Shown here: positions 54,701-64,000 of the stretch, piece by piece | Position numbering within the stretch: position 1 is the first letter of the stretch | Layout of the letters: every line of letters starts with the position of its first letter | Source of the DNA: Eledone cirrhosa | Taxonomy: Eukaryota | NCBI GenBank assembly: GCA_964016885.1 | Contig: OZ024741.1 | Span: 382,974,001 to 383,038,000 of the forward strand | Reading direction: 5' to 3' | Length of the DNA: 64,000 nt | Notes under the pieces: generated by a model | The model's input: the letters and a program-made list of their open reading frames with translations, nothing else | Database searches by the model: none | Told to the model about the DNA's origin: nothing | Made by a program: the position numbers and the translations under genes

Positions 54701-57700
54701 GTACGTCTGTATACATATATGTATGTACGTATACATACATACTTACATTTAATTAAGTGCCGTACTAAGAGTGAGAAATGAAACGTCGTTTCATTCTATT
54801 CCATTAATCGTTTTCGGTACACCTGGCCGACTGAACTGACTCGATATGCAAATTAGGCTGCTCAGCCGTTAATTTTCATAAGGAAAGTATATACTTTCGG
54901 ACGTTCAACCATCTGGCAGAAAGGTATACGGTGCTGACGATAGCTAATAAGATTGAAACTAGTACATCGTTCTTGTGTCAGTGTTGAACAAAAAGGTGAC
55001 GTGGTTGCCTAAACACTGTACGGCGTAATTCAGGCTGTTTGTTCGTTTACAAACGAACAAACCGAGCATTATAATAAATGTTCGGTAAACTGATACGTGC
55101 ATATATATATATGTGTGCCTGTATGTATATATATACATGCTACTGTACGTCTGTATACATATATGTATGTACGTATACATACATACTTACATTTAAGTAA
55201 GTGCCGTAATAAGAGTGAGAAATGAAATTTCGTTTCATTCTATTCCATTTATCGTTTTCGGTGCGCCTGGCCGACTGAACTCACTCGATATGCAAATTGG
55301 GCTGCTCAGCCGTTAATTTTCATAAGGAAAGTATATACTTTCGGACGTTCAACCATCTGGCAGAAAGATATACGGTGCTGACGATAGCTAATAAGCTTGA
55401 ATCTAGTACATCGTTCCTGTGTCAGTGTTGAACAAAAAGGTGACGTGGTTGCCTAAACATTGTACGGCGTAATTCAGGCTGTTTGTTTGTTTACAAACGA
55501 ACAAACCGAGTATTATAATAAATGTTCGGTAAACTGATACGTGCATATATATATATGTGTGCCTGTATCTATATATATATACATGCTACTGTACGTCTGT
55601 ATACGTATATGTATGTACGTATACATACATACTTACATTTAAGTAAGTGCCGTCTAAGAGTGAGAAATGAAATGTCGTTTCATTCTATTCCATTTATCGT
55701 TTTCGGTGCACCTGGCCGACTGAACTCACTCGATTTGCAACTTAGGCTGCTCAGCCGTTAATTTTCATAAGGAAAGTATATACTTTCGGATGTTCAACCA
55801 TCTGGCAGAGAGGTATACGGTGCTGACGATAGCTAATAAGCTTGAAACTAGTACATCGTTCCTGTGTCAGTGTTGAACAAAAAGGTGACGTGGTTGCCTA
55901 ACCATTGTACGGCGTAATTCAGGCTGTTGTTTGTTTACAAACGAACAAACCGAGCATTATAATAAATGTTCGGTAAGCTGATACGTGCATGTATATATAT
56001 GTGTGCCTGTATGTATATATATACATGCTACTGTACGTATGTATACATATATGTATGTACGTATACATACATACTTACATTTAAGTAAGTGCCGTACTAA
56101 GAGTGAGAAATGAAATTTCGTTTCATTCTATTCCATTCATCGTTTTCGGTGCGCCTGGCCGACTGAACTCACTCGATATGCAAATTGGGCTGCTCAGCCG
56201 TTAATTTTCATAAGGGAAGTATATACTTTCGGACGTTCAACCATCTGTCAGAAAGGTATACGGTGCTGACGATAGCTAATAAGCTTGAAACTAGTACATC
56301 GTCCCTGTGTCAGGGTTGGACAAAAAGGTGACGTGGTTGCCTAAACATTGTACGGCGTAATTCAGGCTGTTTGTTTGTTTACAAACGAACAAACCGAGCA
56401 TTCTAATAAATGTTCGGTAAAATGATACGTGCATATATATAGGTGTGCCTGTATGTATATATATACATGCTACTGTACGTCTGTACACATATATGTATGT
56501 ACGTATACATACATACTTACATTTAAGAACCGTACTAAGAGTGAGAAATGAAATTTCGTTTCATTCTATTCCATTTATCGTTTTCGGTGCCCCTGGCCGA
56601 TTGAACTCACTCGATATGCAAATTAGGCTGCTCAGCCGTTAAATTTCAGAAGGAAAGTATATACTTTCGGGCGTCAACCATCTGGCAGAAAGGTATACGG
56701 TGCTGACGATAGCTAATAAGCTTGAAACTAGTACATCGTTCTTGTGTCAGTGTTGAACAAAAAGGTGACGTGGTTGCCTAAATACTGTACGGCGTAATTC
56801 AGGCTGTTTGTTTGTTTACAAACGAACAAACCGAGCATTATAATAAATGTTCGGTAAACTGATACGTGCATATATATATGCGTGCCTGTATGTATATATA
56901 TATATACATGCTACTGTATGTCTGTATACATATATGTATGTACGTATACATACATACTTACATTTAAGTAAGTGCCGTACTAACAGTGACAAATTAAATT
57001 TCGTTTCATTCTATTCCATTTATCGTTTTCGGTGCGCCTGGCCGACTGAACTCACTCGATATGCAAATTGGGCTGCTCAGCCGTTAATTCTCATAAGGAA
57101 ACCATATACTTTCGGACGTTCAACCATCTGGCAGAAAGGTATACGGTGCTGAAGATAGCTAATAAGCTTGAAACTAGTACATCGTTTTTGTGTCAGTGTT
57201 GAACAAAAAGGTGACGTGGTTGCCTAAACATTGTACGGCGTAATCCAGGCTGTTTGTTTGTTTACAAACGAACAAACCGAGCATTCTAATAAATGTTCGG
57301 TAAACTGATACGTGCATATATATAGGTGTGCCTGTATGTATATATATACATGCTACTGTACGTCTGTACACATATATGTATGTACGTATACATACATACT
57401 TACATTAAAGTAAGAACCGTACTAAGAGTGAGAAATGAAATTTCGTTTCATCCTATTCCATTTATCGTTTTCGGTACACCTGGCCGACTGAACTCACTCG
57501 ATATGCAAATTAGGCTGCCCAGCCGTTAATTTTCATAAGGTAAGTATATACTTTCGGACGTTCAACCATCTGGCAGAAAGGTATACGGTGCTGACGATAG
57601 CTAATAAGCTTGATACTAGTACATCGTCCCTGTGTCAGGGTTGAACAAAAAGGTGACGTGGTTGCCTAAACATTGTACGGCGTAATTCAGGCTGTTTGTT

Positions 57701-60700
57701 TGTTTACAAACGAAGAAACCGAGCATTCTAATAAATGTTCGGTAAACTGATACATGCATATATATGTGTGCCTGTACGTATATATATACATGCTACTGTA
57801 CGTATGTATACATATATGTATGTACGTATACATACATACTTACATTTAAGTAAGTGCCGTACTAAGAGTGAGAAATGAAATTTCGTTTCATTCTATTCCA
57901 TTTATCGTTTTCGCTGCGCCTGGCCGACTGAACTGACTAGGTATGCAAATTAGGCTGCTCAGCCGTTAATTTTCATAAGGAAAGTATATACTTTCGGACG
58001 TTCAACCATCTGGCAGAAAGGTATACGGTGCTGACGATAGCTAATAAGCTTGAAACTAGTACATCGTTCTTGTGTCAGTGTTGAACAAAAAGGTGACGTG
58101 GTTGCCTAAATACTGTACGGCGTAATTCAGGCTGTTTGTTTGTTTACAAACGAACAAACCGAGCATTATAATAAATGTTCGGTAAACTGATATGTGCATA
58201 TATATATGCGTGCCTGTATGTATATATATATACATGCTACTGTACGTCTGTATACATATATGTATGTACGTATACATACATACTTACATTTAAGTAAGTG
58301 CCGTACTAACAGTGACAAATTAAATTTCGTTTCATTCTATTCCATTTATCGTTTTCGGTGCGCCTGGCCGACTGAACTCACTCGATATGCAAATTTGGCT
58401 GCTCAGCCGTTAATTTTCATAAGGAAACCATATACTTTCGGACGTTCAACCATCTGGCAGAAAGGTATACGGTGCTGACGATAGCTAATAAGCTTGAAAC
58501 TAGTACATCGTTTTTGTGTCAGTGTTGAACAAAAAGGTGACGTGGTTGCCTAAACATTGTACGGCGTAATCCAGGCTGTTTGTTTGTTTACAAACGAACA
58601 AACCGAGCATTCTAATAAATGTTCGGTAAACTGATACGAGAATATATATATGTGTGCCTGTATGTATATATATACATGCTACTGTACGTATGTATACATA
58701 TATGTATGTACGTATACATACATACTTACATTTAAGTAAGTGCCGTACTAAGAGTGAGAAATGAAATTTCGTTTCATTCTATTCCATTTATCGTTTTCGG
58801 TGCGCCTGGCCGACTGAACACACTCGATATGCAAATTGGGCTGCTCAGCCGTTAATTTTCATAAAGGAATTATATATTTTCGGACGTTCAACCATCTGGC
58901 AGAAAGCTATACGGTGCTGACGACAGCTAATAAGCTTGAAACTAGTACATCGTTCCTGTGTCAGTGTTGAATAAAAAGGTGACGTGGTTGCCTAAACACT
59001 GTACGGCGTAATTCAGGCTGTTTGTTTGTTTACAAACGAACAAACCGAGCATTATAATAAATGTTCGGTAAACTGATACGTGCATATATATAGGTGTGCC
59101 TGTATGTATATATATACATGCTACTGTACGTCTGTACACATATATGTATGTACGTATACATACATACTTACATTAAAGTAAGAACCGTACAAAGAGTGAG
59201 AAATGAAATTTCGTTTCATCCTATTCCATTTATCGTTTTCGGTGGGCCTGGCCAACTGAAATCACTCGATATACAAATTAGGCTTCTCAGCCGTTAATTT
59301 TCATAAGGAAAGTATATACTTTCGGACGTTCAGCCATCTGGCAGAAAGGTATACGGCGCTGACGATAGCTAATAAGCTTGAAACTAGTACATCGTTCCTG
59401 TGTCAGTGTTGAACAAAAAGGTGACGTGGTTGCCTAAACATTGTACGGCGTAATTCAGGCTGTTTGTTTGTTTACAAACGAACAAACCGAGCATTCTAAT
59501 AAATGTTCGGTAAACTGATACATGCATATATATGTGTGCCTGTACGTATATATATACATGCTACTGTACGTATGTATACATATATGTATGTACGTATACA
59601 TACATACTTACATTTAAGTAAGTGCCGTACTAAGAGTGAGAAATGAAATTTCGTTTCATTCTATTCCATTTATCGTTTTCGGTGCGCGTGGCCGACTGAA
59701 CTCACTCGATATGCAAATTAGGCTGCTCAGCCGTTAATTTTCATAAGGAAAGTATATACTTTCGGACGTTCAACCATCTGGCAGAAAGGTATATGGTCCT
59801 GACGATAGCTAATAAGCTTGAAACTAGCACATCGTTCTTGTGTCAGTGTTGAACAAAAAGGTGACGTGGTTGCCTAAATACTGTACGGCGTAATTCAGGC
59901 TGTTTGTTTGTTTACAAACGAACAAACCGAGCATTATAATAAATGTTCGGTAAACTGATACGTGCATATATATATGCGTGCCTGTATGTATATATATATA
60001 TACATGCTACTGTACGTGTGTATACATATATGTATGTACGTATACATACATACTTACATTTAAGTAAGTGCCGTACTAACAGTGACAAATTAAATTTCGT
60101 TTCATTCTATTCCATTTATCGTTTTCGGTGCGCCTGGCCGACTGAACTCACTCGATATGCAAACTTGGCTGCTCAGCCGTTAATTTTCATAAGGAAACCA
60201 TATACTTTCGGACGTTCAACCATCTGGCAGAAAGGTATACGGTGCTGAAGATAGCTAATAAGCTTGAAACTAGTACATCGTTTTTGTGTCAGTGTTGAAC
60301 AAAAAGGTGACGTGGTTGCCTAAACATTGTACGGCGTAATCCAGGCTGTTTGTTTGTTTACAAACGAACAAACCGAGCATTCTAATAAATGTTCGGTAAA
60401 CTGATACGTGCATATATATAGGTGTGCCTGTATGTATATATATGCATGCTACTGTACGTCTGTACACATATATGTATGTACGTATACATACATACTTACA
60501 TTAAAGTAAGAACCGTACTAAGAGTGAGAAATGAAATTTCGTTTCATCCTATTCCATTTATCGTTTTCGGTGGGCCTGGCCGAATGAAATCACTCGATAT
60601 GCAAATTAGGCTTCTCAGCCGTTAATTTTCATAAGGAAAGTATATACTTTAGGACGTTCAACCATCTGGCAGAAAGGTATACGGCGCTGACGATAGCTAA

Positions 60701-63700
60701 TAAGCTTGAAACTAGTACATCGTTCCTGTGTCAGTGTTGAACAAAAAGGTGACGCCGTTGCCTAAACACTGTACGGCGTAATTCAGGCAGTTTGTTTGTT
60801 TACAAATGAACAAACCGAGCATTATAATAAATGTTCGGTACACTGATACGTGCATATATATATGTGTGCCTGTATGTATATATATACATGCTACTGTACG
60901 TATGTATACATATATGTATGTACGTATACATACATACTTACATTTAAGTAAGTGCCGTACTAAGAGTGAGAAATGAAATGTCATTTCATTCTATTCCATT
61001 TATCGTTTTCGGTACACCTGGCCGACTGAACTCACTCGATATGCAAATTAGGCTGCTCAGCCGTTAATTTTCATAAGGTAAGTATATACTTTAGGACGTT
61101 CAACCATCTGGCAGAAAGGTATACGGTGCTGACGATAGCTAATAAGCTTGAAACTAGTACATAGTCCCTGTGTCAGGGTTGAACAAAAAGGTGACGTGGT
61201 TGCCTAAACATTGTACGGCGTAATTCAGGCTGTTTGTTTGTTTACAAACGAACAAACCGAGCATTCTAATAAATGTTCGGTAAACTGATACATGCATATA
61301 TATGTGTGCCTGTACGTATATATATACATGCTACTGTACGTATGTATACATATATGTATGTACGTATACATACATACTTACATTTAAGTAAGTGCCGTAC
61401 TAAGAGTGAGAAATGAAATTTCGTTTCATTCTATTCCATTTATCGTTTTCGGTGCGCGTGGCCGACTGAACTCACTCGATATGCAAATTAGGCTGCTCAG
61501 CCGTTAATTTTCATAAGGAAAGTATATACTTTCGGACGTTCAACCATCTGGCAGAAAGGTATACGGCGCTGACGATAGCTAATAAGCTTGAAACTAGTAC
61601 ATCGTTCCTGTGTCAGTGTTGAACAAAAAGGTGACGCCGTTGCCTAAACACTGTACGGCGTAATTCAGGCAGTTTGTTTGTTTACAAATGAACAAACCGA
61701 GCATTATAATAAATGTTCGGTAAATTGATACGTGCATATATATATGTGTGCCTGTATGTATATATATATACATGCTACTGTACGTCTGTATACATATATG
61801 TATGTACGTATACATATTATACTTACATTTAAGTAAGTGCCGTACTAAGTGTGAGAAATGAAATGTTTCATTCTATTCCATTTATCGTTTTCGGTGCACC
61901 TGGCCGACTGAACTCACTCGATATGCAAATTAGGCTGCTCAGCCGTTAATTTTCATAAGGAAAGTAGATACTTTCGGACGTTCAACCATCTGGCAGAAAG
62001 GTATACGCCGCTGACGATAGCTAATAAGCTTGAAACTAGTACATCGTTCCTGTGTCAGTGTTGAACAAAAAGGTTACGCCGTTGCCTAAACACTGTACGG
62101 CGTAATTAAGGCTGTTTGTTTGTTTACAAACGAACAAACCAAGCATTATAATAAATGATCGGTAAACTGATACGTGCATATATATATGTGTGCCTGTATG
62201 TATATATATACATGCTACTGTACGTCTGTATACATATATGTATGTACGTATACATACATACTTACATTTAAGTAAGTGCCGTACTAAGAGTGAGAAATGA
62301 AATTTCGTTTCATTCTATTCCATTTATCGTTTTCGGTGCCCCTGGCCGACTGAACTCACTCGATATGCAAATTAGGCAGCTCAGCGGTTAATTTTCAGAA
62401 GGAAAGTATATACTTTCGGACGTTCAACCATCTGGCATAAAGGTATACGGTGCTGACGATAGCTAATAAGCCTGAAACTAGTACATCGTTTTTGTGTCAG
62501 TGTTGAATAAAAAGGTGACGTGATTGCCTAAACACTGTACGGCGTAATTCAGGCTGTTTGTTTGTTTACAAACGAACAAACCGAGCATTATAATAAATGT
62601 TCGTTAAACTGATACGTGCATATATATAGGTGTGCCTGTATGTATATATATACATGCTACTGTACGTCTGTACACATATATGTATGTACGTATACATACA
62701 TGCTTACATTAAAGTAAGAACCGTACTAAGAGTGAGAAATGAAATTTCGTTTCATTCTATTCCATTTATCGTTTTCGGTGGGCCTGGCCGACTGAAATCA
62801 CTCGATATGCAAATTAGGCTTCTCAGCCGTTAATTTTCATGAGAAAAGTATATACTTTCGGACGTTCAACCATCTGGCAGAAAGGTATATGGTCCTGACG
62901 ATAGCTAAAAAGCTTGAAACTAGTACATCGTTCCTGTGTCAGTGTTGAATAAAAAGGTGACGTGGTTGCCTAAACACTGTACGGCGTAATTCAGGCTGTT
63001 TGTTTGTTTACAAACGAACAAACCGAGCATTATAATAAATGTTCGGTAAATTGATACGTGCATATATATATGTGTGCCTGTATGTATATATATATACATG
63101 CTACTGTACGTCTGTATACATATATGTATGTACGTATACATATTATAGTTACATTTAAGTAAGTGCCGTACTAAGAGTGAGAAATGAAATGTTTCATTCT
63201 ATTCCATTTATCGTTTTCGGTGCACATGGCCGACTGAACTCACTCGATATGCAAATTAGGCTGCTCAGCCGTTAATTTTCATAAGGAAAGTATATACTTT
63301 CGGACGTTCAACCATCTGGCAGAAAGGTATAAGCCGCTGACGATAGCTAATAAGCTTGAAACTAGTACATCGTTCCTGTGTCAGTGTTGAACAAAAAGGT
63401 TACGCCGTTGCCTAAACACTGTACGGCGTAATTCAGGCTGTTTGTTTGTTTACAAACGAACAAACCAAGCATTATAATAAATGTTCGGTAAACTGATACG
63501 TGCATATATATATGTGTGCCTGTATGTATATATATACATGCTACTGTATGTCTGTATACATATATGTATGTACGTATACATACATACTTACATTTAAGTA
63601 AGTGCCGTACTAAGAGTGAGAAATGAAATTTCGTTTCATTCTATTCCATTTATGGTTTTCGGTGCGCCTGGCCGACTGAACTCACTAGGTATGCAAATTA

Positions 63701-63772
63701 GGCTGCTCAGCCGTTAATTTTCATAAGGAAAGTATATACTTTCGGACGTTCAACCATCTGGCAGAAAGGTAT

Positions 63773-63815
63773 ACGGTGCTGACGATAGCTAATAAGCTTG
63801 AAACTAGTACATCGT
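63773..63815 (+). ncRNA. Minimal type I hammerhead ribozyme, last array copy in window
   Basis: acggtg-ctgacga-tagctaataagctt-gaaa-ctag-ta-catcgt, identical to the first copy. Confidence 0.92.
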
Positions 63816-64000
63816 TCTTGTGTCAGTGTTGAACAAAAAGGTGACGTGGTTGCCTAAATACTGTACGGCGTAATTCAGGCTGTTTGTTTGTTTACAAACG
63901 AACAAACCGAGCATTATAATAAATGTTCGGTAAACTGATACGTGCATATATATATGCGTGCCTGTATGTATATATATATACATGCTACTGTACGTCTGTA

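Larger units (their letters stand above)
9659..64000 (+). repeat. Tandem array of ~442-bp hammerhead-containing units (~123 copies, runs off window end)
   Basis: Unit begins gtgccgtactaagagtgagaaatgaaa and recurs about every 442 bp head-to-tail. First hammerhead at 9830, last at 63773, i.e. ~122 periods. Confidence 0.98.

Noticed and set aside
9680-63141. Recurrent 60-100 aa ORFs in the array (MYTYIHICIQTY..., MKFRFILFHLSF..., MFGKLIRA...)
   Set aside because: They open and close with TA-run length changes, occur on both strands and in different frames, and have no recognisable domain
9659-64000. CRISPR array, or tandem 5S rRNA / tRNA / snRNA gene cluster
   Set aside because: No unique spacers, since whole units repeat. 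I see no 5S, tRNA cloverleaf or U-snRNA sequence in the unit; an Rfam scan would be the formal test

Overview
AT-rich, microsatellite-laden, non-coding animal DNA. The SINE resembles repeats I recall from octopus genomes; the taxon is an inference. Bases 1-9.6 kb hold two copies of a tRNA-derived SINE, a decayed RTE-clade LINE, many microsatellites, and two solo minus-strand type I hammerhead ribozymes (1481-1546, 9240-9290), each with a long palindrome on its 5' side as in Penelope-like element ends. From 9659 to the window end runs a head-to-tail array of about 123 units of ~442 bp. Main finding: every unit carries a plus-strand minimal type I hammerhead (ACGGUG-CUGACGA-UAGCUAAUAAGCUU-GAAA-CUAG-UA^CAUCGU) in a long extended stem I, preceded by an octamer (ATGCAAAT) and a TATA-like palindrome. 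The array therefore looks like a >54-kb retrozyme / newt-satellite-2-like array of self-cleaving RNA units. It includes core-mutated copies and nested 2- to 14-unit duplications. The solo element at ~1440-1666 appears to be a shorter, diverged relative of the array unit. No intact protein-coding gene is supported. Ribozyme activity and transcription are predictions, and counts and alignments were done by eye.
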